A stretch of 56,950 nucleotides of DNA from Chiloscyllium plagiosum (Eukaryota): positions 33,725,958-33,782,907 of the forward strand of contig NC_057719.1 in assembly GCF_004010195.1 (NCBI RefSeq), given 5' to 3'. Below the pieces are notes generated by a model that saw only the letters and a program-made list of their open reading frames with translations, was not told where the DNA came from and made no database searches. The position numbers were made by a program, and so were the translations under genes. Every line of letters starts with the position of its first letter. Position 1 is the first letter of the stretch. Positions 34,402 through 47,945 of the stretch are shown here, one piece after another.

Positions 34402-36579
34402 TAAGGGATACAAGTAAATTGACAGGTTGATATAGTGGGTGAATCGGTGGCAGATATGGTTTAATGCTGAGATGTGAGGACGATGGGGTACACTTTGGAA
34501 GAACATTGAAAAGCACTATAAATAAGGGATACAAGTCTAAAAACAGAAGGACCTGGATGTATATGCGCACACGTAATTGAAGATGGTCATGCCATTGAAG
34601 GTGGCAAGTCGAAAGAGCAGTTAATAGAGCATGTGGTGTTCAAGGTTTTATAAACAGGGATATAGAGTACAAGATCAAGGAGCTGATGTTGAATTTGTAT
34701 GAAACACTTGTTTGATCTCAGCTGTACAGTTGTAAGCAATATATTGTATGAAAGATGTTATACATTGGAGAGAGTTCAGAAGCGATTTACAAGATTGTTC
34801 CAGTAATGAGAAAGTTTAGTAATGAGGATGGATTGAAGAAGTCGGGACTGTTCTTCGGAGAGAAGAAGGCTGACAAGAAATTTAAAAGGGGTTTTTGAAA
34901 TCATGGATAAAGTAGATAGGAAGAAACTGATCCCATTCATAAAAGGAAGAAGAATGAGAGGATATAGATTTAAAGTAATGTTTAAAAGCAACAAGAGTGA
35001 TGTGACAAAATTGGAGAGTAGTTAGAGTCTTGTACTCACTGCCTGGAGGTGTGATGAAGGCTGGTTGAAATGAGCTTTTCAACAGGGCACTAGATGATTA
35101 TTTGGATAAAAATAATGTGTGAGGGTGTGGGAGAAAGTAGGAGATTGGTGCAATGTCAAGGTGCTGTTTTGAAGATCTGGTTCAGCAGGCACATTGGGCA
35201 GAATGGCCTCCTTTTACACTGTAGCAATTCTACGATGTTGTGATCTTGAATACTCAGTACTAAAATCTCAGGGCACACTGCATGGGTAGTGCATACACAC
35301 ACCTCCCATCCATGGACATCCAACATCTACCAACCTTTCCTCATATTTATGGCCCATCTCTGATCCATGAACAGTTCACTGCACAGCTTCTGGCACGTAC
35401 AGGCAACAATCATTGGAATGCTCTTGTACAGACACTTGGTGCATCAGGAGAATAGAATTGAAAGGTAATTTATTGTCAGATTGAGGTCATGAATTGTTCC
35501 AAGCTGCCTGATTTCCCAATTAGTGCTCACTCACTTTGTGCCTACTTCCATGCTCACAGCATCGCTGCCTTATCTTGCCTTGTCCTTTCGCACTTTGCCC
35601 CCTGAACTGCACTTTAAAGTCTCACATACATCGGTCTTGCCGAAACAAAGCTAGACAGCTTGTCATACTAGTCAGCAGCCATCAGTCAAAGGGGTGGACG
35701 TGTTTCTGAACAGCACCATGCTACCTCAATTTCGTCCCTGCACCATGTGTCACATTTACAGCTAACGCACTGCACATGCTAGAAACAAATGGCCAGGTCA
35801 CAAAGTCAAAGGAAAATAGTCCTCACTTAAGTTGAAGGGAACACCCTTCAGCCCAGTGTTCCTGACAGAGTAAGTCAAGGGCAATCTCCAATATCAGACT
35901 GGTTGGGGTGTGCTTGGTCAGGAGTCCATAGCTTTGCAGTTCAGGGAGTGGTGCACAGTCAACCCTGTTTTATTCAGTACAATCAGTTCAGGGAGTCTTC
36001 TGAAGACATTTGAGGTGCTGTATAGAAATCAGTCAGGCATCTGGCTACTCATCATTCGGGGCCGCCCAGTTAAGTCACTCAAGGAGGTGGACCACAGTCG
36101 CTCCTGGAGGTCTGTCCATGAAATGTTAAGAGGGAGTACATCAGGAACTACATCTCTGTGAGAGGGATGCTTAGGAACTTAATTGTGGGGATTGCAGTCA
36201 GGAGACTGGGATCAAGAAGGGATTAAAACACAGAAGTGATGCAACTCAATATATATGGGGTGATATCGTACAGAATGGCAGGGAAAAAGATCATGTGGGT
36301 GGGGGCATTATTGACTGTAAGCAGCATGCTGGCTTTTATTGGGGGACAACACATTACTAGACCTGGCTTCTTTACATTGCGGGGGAGGAGGGTCAATTAG
36401 ACAAATGACGAGTGGGAACTTAGGGAGGTACAAATCTTATGAGGTTAATGAAGCTGGGTCCTGGGAATTGGTCATTTAGGTTTAGGGATTCACCAAGATG
36501 AAAAAGGCTGAGCCTGAGACTCACTGTTTAAGGAAGGATCCCTGTTGGCCTTCATCGTGGTGTAAGTAATAACACACCT

Positions 36580-36910
36580 ACGTGCATTACATGCGTTGTG
36601 AACCCAAGTCATTAACCAATTGTATGCAGTCCAAATCCTTGCCCCAAGGACTCCTCACCACATCATGCAAGGTAATGACTGAATATGACTGGTGATACAT
36701 TAGCAACTTCTGTCGACCTGGAAAGATGTAGCCTTGTTGCCAAACTATGTGTCACATGATTCAACCATTCCACGTATATGGTGGAGGAGCTGCTCACTTC
36801 ATACTTTGGATCATAGAATATCTGATGATAGAATTTTGAAAAATTGTACTTTTGAATTTACCAAGTTGGACACTAACCAGTTGGACATCCTGCTCATACA
36901 TAAAGTAACA
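36580..36910 (+). mobile_element. Possible ancient RTE-type LINE 3' relic
   Basis: degenerate ..HIMQ, ISN..LERCSL, HRISDDRILK, PVGHP resembling the RTE C-terminus (RM.D.R.PK..GRP). Confidence 0.4.
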
Positions 36911-37389
36911 CATAATGTGTTACTCACATCAATGAACGTGATTAACTTTATCGCTGCTTATTGGCAAATCATTGGCATTCAATACTGTGGTACATTCCAC
37001 AGTGAAATGTTTTTTCTCTATAGTTAAATCACCAAATAAAAGTGGTATAAAAGTGTTGCTGTAAGTAATTATTATTAAATGGACAAGACCATCCTGTATC
37101 TCAGCACAATACATATCAACTCCCTGTCAAAAGATTCATGCACCATTAAGTAACATCTTTGACTCTCTTCTGAAGAAGGGTTACTGGATTCAAAATGTTA
37201 ACTTTGCTAGACCTCTTGAACTTCTCCAGAAAGTTTGATTTTTGTTTCAGATCTGCTACAATCACAGTTTTTTGCTTTATTTTTATGTTCAACTCCTTAC
37301 CCAGCTATTGTCATTTCATCTTGACTGCATTCGTTGGACCTTTGTGGTTTGTTTCTTCGCAAATATTTTAATATTCATAGTTTGCCTAA

Positions 37390-37390
<1 letters not shown>

Positions 37391-37420
<30 letters not shown>
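37391..37420. repeat. (TGA)10 microsatellite
   Basis: direct reading; explains the poly-D and poly-M ORFs. Confidence 0.95.
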
Positions 37421-38359
37421 GGTTTAAGGGTGTATTTGTGGACCTTTCCATTCTGGCTTACTATTTTAATATGTTATTTGCAGTGCATTTGATTTTGGAT
37501 GCTGATGAATGTAGGCCCCAATTCGCATTTCTCAATTCACTAGCAATGGATTTGTATCTTTTATTGAAATACAGTATAAATTTCTGTAATGTGAAATTAT
37601 AATTATACAACTAAATGTGGTAACACAAAGGGACATATTGGATTAAGTGACTAATAGTTGTTAAATTACGCATAGCCATATGGGCACGTTATTATACCTT
37701 CATAGTCATTTAAACTCAACTAATCAAATTTTGTTCACATTTGGAAGCTGATGAGTTAGTCTATATATAATAGAATATTCATAGTGTAAAACTTACTGCA
37801 AGTTAGGAAAAATAATGATTATGTTCAGTTACAGGGAACATATTAGTTCAAGAGACCATACCACTGAGCACAGCAAGATAGAACAGGAAATATATTAGAT
37901 TTCAAAAAGACACGCTGATAATTTTGCTTTAACTAAAACACATTTTCACACTAAACCCGAACCCTGCTGTTGTTGCAATTCTTCACTGTGTAATACTCAA
38001 TATTCTTGTTGCTCTGGGGCAGTAAAGAATTAACATTCTTAATACTATGAAAAGAAGAGTCAATGCTAACAAATCTTACTAAAAACACTAGAAGGATTAT
38101 AAAGAGACAAGGCCCAATCCCTGAGAGTTTTTCTCATCTACTGGATTTCGTAAAAGATATAGTTGGATGTGGTGTTTCTAAAGTTTCAAAACAAATGCAA
38201 TTATAGCAAAGAGTTAACTTTGAAGTAAAACAGAAATCGAAAATCACAGTTGCCAATTGCAATCTCTGTTATATGGATTGAGGGTCTTGGTTTAGTCAAA
38301 CCTTAAACCAAACCTCATTTGACAGGTCTTTCAACTTAATGGGCTGAAGGGTCCTATTT

Positions 38360-38900
38360 AGGACTGGAGGTCTGTGACTAGTGGAATGCTCATGACTGTT
38401 TGTTATGGATATCAATGATTTTGATGAGAATGTACAAGGTATGATTATTAGATTTGCAGATGACACTAAAATAGGCAGTACCGTGGACAGTGAGGAAGGT
38501 TATTACAAATTGCAGCAAGACCTTGATCAGCTGAGGAAGTGGGCTGAGAAATGGCAAATGAAGTTTAATATGGATAAGTATGAAGTCTTGCATTTTGGAA
38601 AGCCAAATCAAGGTAGGAGTTTCATGGTAAATGGTAGGGCCTTAAGGAGTATAGTGGAACAGAGGGTTCAGATTCACAGTTTCCTGAAAGAGGAGTCACA
38701 AGTGGACAGGACAGTGAAAACAGCTTTTGACAAACTGGCCTTCATCATTCAGGTTACTGAGTATAGACGTTGGAAAGTTATGTTGCATTTATACAGTGCA
38801 TTGGTGAGGCCACACTTGGAGTATTGTGTTCAGTTGTGGTCACCTTGCTATAGGAAGGATGTTATTAAACTGGAAAGAGTGCGGAAGAAATTTAAAAAGA
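38360..38900 (+). mobile_element. CR1 RT internal fragment
   Basis: ORF 38405-38908: [35 protein letters not shown]. Confidence 0.9.
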
Positions 38901-39082
38901 TTCAATGATCTGAGTTAATGGGAGAAGTTCAACAATCTAGGATTTCTCTTCACGGATGCTACCAGACCCAGCTGAGCTTTTCCAGAAACCTCTTTTTGTA
39001 GTTGCCTTGCAAATGTGTTTGCAAATATCAATCTATTATTGACTAAAAAGAGCTGATTGAGAAGAGTTTCATATGTGCATAG

Positions 39083-40878
39083 GAACATAAGAATTAGCAC
39101 AGGGAGTAGGCAATTCAGCCCATCGAGCCTTTCTACCATTTAACATGACCATGGTGGATCTTATCCTGATCTCAACTCCACTTTCCTGCCTGCACCCCAT
39201 AAGCTTTTACTCCACTTTTCATCAGAAACATATCGATCTGTTTCTTGAATCTGTTGATTGATTCTTCCTCTACTGCGCTCTGGGGCAGTGTGTTCCACAC
39301 ATTCACAACCCTCTGAGAAAAGTAGCTTCTCCTCATCTCAGTTTTGAACCTATCTCCTTTCACTGTATATCTCTGACTTCTTATTTGAGACTGTCCCAAA
39401 AGGGGGAACATCTGTTCCATGTCCACTTTATCAATCCCCTTCAGCATTTTATATACTTCAATCAGGTCCCCGTCATTCTTCTGAATGCAGTGAGTGCAAG
39501 CCCAAACTATTCAACTGCTCCTTGTATGACAGCCCCTTCAGCCCTGGAATCAACCTGATGAACTTTCTCTGAACTGCGTCCAGGGCTACTATATCCTTCC
39601 TCAAGTAAGGAGACCAGAACTGGACATAATTTACTAGGTATAGTCCCACTAGTGCCTTGTATAATAGTAACAACACTTCTTTACTTTTGTAATCCAGTCC
39701 TTTTGCAATAACTGCCAGGATTTAATTTATCTTTCTCATTATATGCTGTACCTGAGTACCTACTTTCTGCAATTTATGCATATAGACACTCAGATTCCTG
39801 CCCACTTACACACATTGCAGCTGTTTCCTATTCAAATAATACTTTGCACATTTATTTTTGCAGCCAAAATGGAAAACTTTGCACTTATCCACATTAAACT
39901 CCATCTGCCAGTTTCTGCCCCATTCTCCCAGCCTATCAATATCCATCTGTAATCTCTTTACCTCCTCATTACAGCCTGCTCCCTCACATATTTTAGTATC
40001 TCTCTGTGTTTTTTGCTCTGCGTCACTGATTGTAAATACATTGTAAATAGCTGAGTTCAGAAAAGGGAACCCTGTAGCCCCCACTAATTACAGTTTGCCA
40101 TCCAGAGAAGGACCCATTTATCGTAACACTCTGTTTTGTTTCAGTCAATCCTCTATCCAAGCCAATACCCAATCCCTAACCCCCTGGCATCTAACCTTCT
40201 GGATCAGTTTTTTTTTTATGCTTCACCTATTCAAATGCCTTCTGGAAGACTAGACATACCTATCCACTCGATTCCCATTTTTCACTTTGCTGATTACATC
40301 CTCAAAGACCTCCAGCAGGTTTGTTAAGCACAATTTGTCCTTTATGAAACTGTGGTGAATTGAGCTTTGTTTTTTCCAAGTGTTTAGTTATCTCTTCCTT
40401 TATGATTGACCCCAGCAACTACTCTGTTCCAGACCCAAACTAACTTTCTCACTTTTTGCCTATCTCCCTTTTTAATTAAGTGTGTCTCATTAGCATGTTT
40501 CCAATCCACTGGTACCTTTCCAGAATCCAGGGAATTTTGGAATATCAAACTAATTAGATTAGATTACTTAATCTAATCCAGGGAATTTTGGAATATCAAA
40601 CTAATGCATCCACTATCTCTGTTGCCACCTCCTTTAATACCTTAGGGTGTAGGATTTATCTTCCTTTAGTTCCATCAGTTTACTTAATACCTTCTCGCTA
40701 GTTATAGTAGTTTCAACAAATTCCTCTGTAATAACTGCAATTTTTGGAAAGAAATTATCTTGCACTGTGAAAACAGAGGCAAAAAATTGGTTCAGTTCAT
40801 CTGCCATTTCTGAATTTCCCATTATTACTTCACCAATTTCATCCTCTAAAGGGCCAACATTTGCTTTCACTATTCTCT
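39083..40878 (-). mobile_element. CR1-type LINE (second family), decayed
   Basis: minus ORFs: MADELNQFFASVFT, LQMDIDRLGEW..WQMEFNVDKC, YVQFWSPYLRKD, YFSQRVVNVWN. Confidence 0.9.
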
Positions 40879-42189
40879 GGTAATTTGTACTTCTGATTTA
40901 TCTAAGCTTTAACTTCCAAACTGGATTTAAGTATGTAAGAAGCTTCCTATCCAAAACTACTCATCCCATGTCTTATCCATTATAGGTCCACCTGACAATC
41001 AGATCATTTGGATTTTGGGATCAATAAAGTCCTGACTGTCCATTTGTCACCTGATAAACAAGTATGCTGTTTAAGTTGTTGAAATTAGCTACGTTTCATG
41101 GACAATTTAGAATTAATTAGTAATATTCAACCAAGCTAGTGGAAGCAGTTGAGGCCGTCTATACCTGATTATGATAATTTGATGATGAAATCTGTCATTA
41201 TTAGCATTTATTTATTGAATCTTGTGTTTGCTATTTACTGGCAAAAGCCTGCTTGTGAAATGATCCAATTGCAGGTCAAGTTATATAAGCTTAAATAAGA
41301 TGTAATTCCCTTCTTGTCATCCTTTGCCCTTTCCCCCCACTTATTATAGATTTTGCAATCATTTTTCTTCAGTTAGCAATCAAGTTATCTCTGGACCAAA
41401 ACATCAGCAGTAAGTACTTTTCATCATACTCTCAGAATAAAAGCCAGGAGTGAGGGACAGAGAAAAATAAGTCAATGACAATTTATCTTGCACTGAAGTT
41501 GAACTATTTACCTTGTCATGCACTCTGTCCAGTCATGCCAAACACATGTATAGAAGAGATACTGGACAGTGATTTATCCTGGACTGCAGCCAGTTATTGA
41601 GCTGTATTGACAGAGACGGGGAGGAGGTTTCTCAATTGGCCTGGGAATAGTGAGTGCATGACTCACAGAGCATAGATCAAGGCAATAAATCTGAACATAT
41701 CATAAATTATAACGTTTCTCATTTTCTGCAGTGAATCTTGTCTTGCTAACAAGATGATTTGGTATGAACATGAAATATTTACAGCAACAATCCCTGATCA
41801 AAGGTTTGGATCATATTATTCTTAACTTGTAGAATGTATTAGAGTATCATGTTAATGCAGGCTACCAATCAAAGATGAATCCTATAGAATGCTAGATTAG
41901 AGGAGCATTCTAGATTTTTGATTCATTTACCTTAGGGAATAGAGGAAAGCCTCACAGAATTTTTCTTTGGAGAGCAAAATTTATTAAGTAATATCAATGA
42001 CAAAGCTGGTCTATATTATGGAAGAGATAAGCTTGATCAGAAGAATAACATTTTCCCAGTCCATGTTCTGTATGTGCTTACAATCTTGGCCAATCGCATG
42101 GTCAAGAAAAACAAGATGTTGAAAGTAATCAGATCTTCCCTGGCCATTAGGCCTTTTGAAGTTGATGATAAAGTAATTTACAAAAATAC

Positions 42190-42345
42190 AACCATAAGAC
42201 ATAAGAGCAGAAGCAGATCATTCAGCCCATCAAGTGTGTTCTATCACTCAATGAGATCAAGACTGATCTGATAATTCTCAATTCCACTTTCCTACCATTT
42301 CCCTATAACACTTGATGCCCTAATCAAATAAAAATTTATCTGTCT
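42190..42345 (-). mobile_element. CR1 3' UTR fragment
   Basis: CCATAAGACATAAGAGCAGAAGCAGATCATTCAGCCCATC is similar to the 39083 tail. Confidence 0.65.
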
Positions 42346-44892
42346 GAAAAATGGTTTTGGCTTATATATGATGATAATAAGGACTTTTCTTTCCCCCTGA
42401 GATGTTCTGTCTTTGACCTGCTGCATTTCTTACTTTCACAATTGTGTTTGGTGGTGACATTTTGAGGATTCTGACTTGGAAATGATAGTGGAGTCACATG
42501 GTAGACCCTCTGATTACATGAACAGTAAGTGGCTTGGGGTGTATCTCACTTTAAGTTAAAATTGTTGAGCAATTTTTTCTCTAATTCAGCAGATTCTGCT
42601 ACAATCAGGGCGTAAAACTGATTTAATCAAGTTCTCCACATCAGCCTGGGTAAGCTGGGCACAGTGTACACATGTAAAGGAATCTGCCTAACTGTCTTTC
42701 TATAAAACATCATAAATAAAGCTGGTTCTGCAATCACAACAGATGATCCTACGCAGTAATGAGAATGCAAAAACAGAATTTTGCCTTATTGCTTAAGATT
42801 TGGGTACTTACGAATTTAGATCAATGGTTTTATAGTAAAATATTTATCATTCTCTGAATTATCTTTTTAAGTATCCTTAATGCAATTGTCACATATCCTC
42901 CCACTACAAGTAATACTGCTATTGCATTTGCAAAAGATTTATTGCCTTTCCAACCAGTTACTACATATTTTATTTTCACAACATTACAGCAGCTGGATCA
43001 GAAGTAGTAAGCTGATAAAAATTCAAGTAAGCAGAAGGAGGAGTGATTTATAACATGTAAAAATAAAACAATGCTTTCCTATTGCTAAAAAAGCTTTTTG
43101 ATTGGAGCATTGTCCAATGTGTATGCAAAATTGTGGAAAATTGTGCAGTCAACACATCTATAAAATAATCGAACAGCTTAGGGCGCATACAATTGTTACA
43201 AAAGTTACTTTATATATGTGATGCCTTTTATATATGCCATAAATTATGTGCAGCTGTCTAGTGTTATACTTTAGTGAGGTATCACCTACAGATACAAATA
43301 TGAAGAAAGGAGTTGTTTTATTGGATTGGCACCAGCACAACAATCTGTATCTGTGCCAAGAATAGGAAGTCGCAACGTGGTATTTCTGTGGGCAAGACAG
43401 TTGCAGGCAGAGGGATGAAAGGGATTGTCACTATCTGAAAGCTCCCAGTATTCATGACACATGTGCTAACAGATTAAAAATGATATGTGAAGACAAAAGC
43501 TGCCAAATCCTAATTAAAAGATTTCTTACACATAATAATTCAGTGTGCATGATGAAATGAAAAATGGCTTTACAGTTCAAAAATACAGCTTGTGACAGAT
43601 TGGAGTACACAAATGGTACAAACCCACAAACTGAGAGAGAATTCTGTTTATAATAGGTGTCCATATTGTCTTCCATTGTTATTTTGAAACAGTTCCCTCA
43701 ATGGCTCTGCTCGCCCAGAAAATGAGGCACAAAAGCCAAGAAAGTTTGATATGAACGGTGGAATCTCCCAATCCCAGAGTTGGTGGGCAGAGGGTAGAAA
43801 GTATCATCACTGGGTAGGGTGGTTGTGGACCAGAACCATATTACTTTCCTGACCTCAAGGGGAATTAATTTCTGGCTGCGATGTTACAGCCCCACCACCA
43901 TACGAGGCCTTAAGTTGTCAATGAATGACTGCTGAAGCACCTAAGCTTTCCTGAGCTGGGTTTATTTCAATTACAGGTGAGACAGAAATGAATCAACTCA
44001 CCCATCTGATAAACCAATGTGGGTGGGCTGGCGGGTGGTGGCAATGTGTAGTGGTGGGCCTCCATTTGTAGGATTTGTGCACGATTGAGGGCGTGACATA
44101 GTACAGCATGATGACTGTACAGAGTTCACCTCATATTCACACTCCAGACACCAGTGCCCTTCCTCCTGTTGACTCCACCTCAACATGGACCATACATATC
44201 ATCACCACACCACAATTCCCACCCAAACAGCACTCTTTCTTTTCTCTGGGCCATTTCATTGTACTAGTAATCCACAGCGTGTTGCAATAGCAGCTACAGT
44301 TTCCTTCCAGACACTGTTAAGTGCTTGTGCTGCCAGGTTCTGACTGGGAAACAGTTCTTTCTGGATGATATTTTCTCAATTAGATTTCTTATCACAGGAA
44401 AAACCAATTAGCTGCCTGATAGATTTGGTAGGCATTCTGAGGTGAAATAGATTGTAGGTTTCTCTCCATTTACTTTTCCCACTTTTGGACTCAGCTGATT
44501 TCAGCTCCTGAAAAGATAAAAGCACTAGAACTGGCCTCAACATCTCTAGTTGTGGAAGAAAGAAACTGACAATAGTTTGGGGAATGAAATGTGTTATATT
44601 CCACAATAGAAATTCATAGGATTTAAACTAGTTCAGTTATTCATCAGTGAGGTAGTGTGAAGGAAAATGATTCATAATATATGAGATTAATACAGGAGTA
44701 TATGGTTGAAAGTTACTTTTTAGTAATACATACAACGGGATATATTTCTTTAACAGGGACATAAAAAATAGTAGTTGTCTTGCCCATACCCTAGTAGGTA
44801 AATGCACAATATTCATTCTGAAAAATAAAGTTGCAATCAGATAAGTCCCATGACTTATTACCTGAAACTTGACTAAGGAAATTGAACCAATC

Positions 44893-45483
44893 TGTTATGA
44901 ACCAGGCCAGACCCCCTCAGAAAGTAGCCTAGACCTTAACATTTTCTTATTGTAAAGGGAGATGTGAAGTGATGTTCCAGGTTTGATGCAGCTGGTCAAA
45001 CCACTCAGCTTTAAGCAAAACATTAATTATTTAAACACTGCAGTTAAAACATGAACAAAAAAAGGAATTTAGAATAACCTAACTATTGGAAAACTTAACT
45101 GACCTGATACAGCAACTGTTACTAATTAACTGTTCCAATATAGTAACATCTCTTAAATACAAACCTTGGCATAAAGGTAAATTCAAACACAGATTCTTAC
45201 AGGATGGAGGGAACAACATCCAGAGAGAGATTTCAGAGAAATAGGAGGAATCACTTACTGAAGCTTGCAACTCTGCTGGACTCCAACATCTTGTGATTGC
45301 TACAGCTAAAAATAACTAGAAAGCCTGAACTGGGAGAATTGGTCATTCCACTCCCATTGTTTAATTATTTTTTAAAACCCAAAGGCCTCTTAAACTTAGA
45401 CTCTTCGGCACCTCTGCCTTTACAACCTCTCTTCAAAAAAACCCAGGAGAAAATAATCTTTTCAAAGTGACAGCATCGTCACC
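44893..45483 (-). mobile_element. Solo LTR (probably Gypsy-type)
   Basis: starts TGTTATGAACCAGGCCAGACCCCCTC, ends CAGCATCGTCAC; colinear with 55603-56172; orientation inferred only weakly. Confidence 0.7.
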
Positions 45484-45787
45484 TAACTCTGGTTTTCAAG
45501 AGTAAAGTCAAAGTTACATTACTTAGTAATTTATCAGGCACCTTCATTTTAGTAGGTGGTCCTTTCAACAAATATTGAATAAAGATTATTATCAAAGTGA
45601 AACATTCTACGCAATCATTAATTAAACAACCCAATAAATTCATTATAATTACTATTTGGAAACTTGCTTAAATTCATTTCAGACTTATTTTTAATTTAAC
45701 AAGTTTCACACACTTGGGGATTAAAATAACCTAACTTTAATATTTGATGGATATTTTATGTTTGTTACATTTAAAATCTGAAGTTTA

Positions 45788-46230
45788 GATTTGAGCTATA
45801 GGGAGAGGTTGAATAGGATGGGGCTATTTTTCCTGGAGCGTCGATGGCTGAGGGGTGACCTTATAGAGGTTTACAAAATCATGAGGGGCACGGATAGGAT
45901 AAGTAGACAAAGTCTTTTCTCTGGGGTAGGGGAGTCCAGAACTAGAGGGCATAGGTTTAGGGTGAGAGGGGAAGGATAAAAAGGACCTCAGGGCAATCTT
46001 TTTCATGCAGAGGGGAGTACGTGTATGGAATGAACTGCAAGAGGAAGTGATGAAGGCTGGTACAACTGCAACATTTAAAAAGCATCTGGATGGGTATATG
46101 AAAAGAAAAGATTTGGAGAGATATTGGCCAGGTGCTGGCAAGTGGGACTAGATTAGGTTGGGATATCTGGTCGGCATGGACAGGTTGGACCGAAGAGTCT
46201 GTTTCCATGTTGTACATCTCTATGACTCTA
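45788..46230 (+). mobile_element. CR1/HER1-type 3' end
   Basis: LSYRERLNR..RGDLIEVYKIM..SRTRGHRF; TCTATGACTCTAT tail. Confidence 0.9.
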
Positions 46231-46349
46231 TAAATAACAGCTATCATTTATTTCCAGGATTTATTCAGTTTTACCATTTCTGTTTACCTTATACATACTG
46301 AAATGTATGCATTTTCATGAGAATGAGTTTGGGTGTTGAGAAGTTGAAA

Positions 46350-47000
46350 GTAGTGGGTAGATAAGGTGTTTGAAACAGCATAAGGGATACTTTCCTTTAT
46401 TGGTCAAGTAATTGAATAAAAGAGCAGGGAGGTTATGCTAAAATATAGAAACAGTTGTTAGACCACAGCTGGAGAACAATATACAGTTTGGGTCACTGTG
46501 TTACAGGTGGGGTGACTTTCTGTCTCGAGTGAGAGTATGAGGACTGAAAAGCTTTAGTGAGAAAGATTGAAAAGGTTGACCTTTGTCCTTTGGGGTAGAC
46601 AAGGCTGAGAGGACATTTAATTGAAGTAAAATTATGTGGATAACATGACCTATTTTCCTTAGCAGAAAAGTCAACAATCATTGACAGCAATGAACAGAAG
46701 AAAGTAAGCAGTTTTGAGGAGCAATTCCTGCCTCAGGTGACTGTCTGTGTGGAGTTTCCTCCGGGTGCTCCGGTTTCCTCCCACAGTCCAAAAATGTGCA
46801 GGTTAGGTGAATTGGCCATGCTAAATTGCCCATAGTGTTAGGTGAAGGGGTAAATGTAGGGGAATGGGTCTAGGTGGGTTGCGCTTCGGTGGGTCGGTGT
46901 GGACTTGTTGGGCCGAAGGGCCTGTTTCCACACTGTAAGTCATCTAATATAATCTAAATATTTTCCCCGTACAACAGTGGAGAGTAGGAACTCATAAGGT
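46350..47000 (+). mobile_element. Old CR1 fragment with nested 5'-truncated HE1 SINE (~46722-46955)
   Basis: VRPQLE..QFG and RLRGHLIE relics; SINE body and AATCT tail. Confidence 0.7.
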
Positions 47001-47134
47001 TCAAGTAGCAGAAGCAGTGACTCTGATGAGTGATGAATGACAGAAAGTTGAGATCAAATGTATAATTCTCCAAAATAGTGAGAACTTCTCCAAAGTAATA
47101 CAAGTTGCCTCTCAGATCAAGAAAGGGGGAGACA

Positions 47135-47462
47135 TTGGCCTGATGTTATTATATCTAAACTTAATCCACGGAACCAGGTAATGTTCTGAGGTCTGGGTTC
47201 AGATCCCACCATGGTAGATGGTGGAATTTGAATTCAATAAAAGTTTGGAATTAAGGAGCTAATGATGACCATGAAACCAATGTTGATTGTCAAAAACAAA
47301 ACATACAGTTCACTTTAGGGGAGGAAAGTGCTGTTCTCACCTGATCTGCAACACATGTAACTCCAGACCCACAGCAATATCATTGATTCTTAACTGCCCT
47401 TTGGGCAATTAAGGATGGGCAGTAAATCCTAGCCTAGTTAGCAATGCTCATATCCCATGATC
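47135..47462 (+). mobile_element. tRNA-derived SINE, third family
   Basis: GGTTCAGATCCCACCATGG B-box, GGTGGAATTTGAATTCAAT body, ATATCCCATGA end; related minus-strand copy at ~54115-54445. Confidence 0.65.
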
Positions 47463-47529
47463 AAACAAAAAAAAACTAATGTGAGTAAAAGCCATTTCAC
47501 TTAGACTGGATGAATGGTTGAGGACACAG

Positions 47530-47945
47530 GATCTGTATGTGATGGAGTTTAGAAGGATGAGTGGGCATCTCATTAAAACTGAGTGATAAAGCTGAATAGA
47601 GTGGATGTGGAGAAGATGTTTCCACTAGTAGGACAGACTAGGGCCCAAGGGCACAACCTCAGAGTAAAGGTCTGACCTTTTAGGACCAAGACGAGGAGGA
47701 ATTTCTTCAGCCAGAGGGTGGTGAATTTATGGAACTTATTGCCACAGAAGGCTTTACAGGCCAAGTAATTGAATGTCTTTAAGACAGAGTAGATAGCTTC
47801 TTGATTAGGAAGAGGATCAAGGGTTACGGGGAAAAGGCAGGAGAATGGGGCTGAGAAACATTTCAGCCATTATTCGAATGGCTAAGCAGATTTGTTGAGC
47901 CAAATCACCTTATTCTGCCCCTGTATCTTATGGTCTTATGATTTA
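47530..47945 (+). mobile_element. CR1 3' end
   Basis: RRNFFSQRVVNLWN motif; TCTTATGGTCTTATG tail. Confidence 0.8.

Larger units (their letters stand above)
31150..35240 (+). mobile_element. Near-full-length decayed CR1 (ORF1 esterase relic, ORF2, 3' UTR) with nested insertions
   Basis: CLP.ARI.DV, GLHLNRA, G.FN.P.ID, YFQKAF.KVP, LGPL.F..YINELD, KFSDDTKLG motifs in order. Confidence 0.8.

Noticed and set aside
37242..37602. Poly-Asp and poly-Met ORFs
   Set aside because: Products of the (TGA)10 microsatellite
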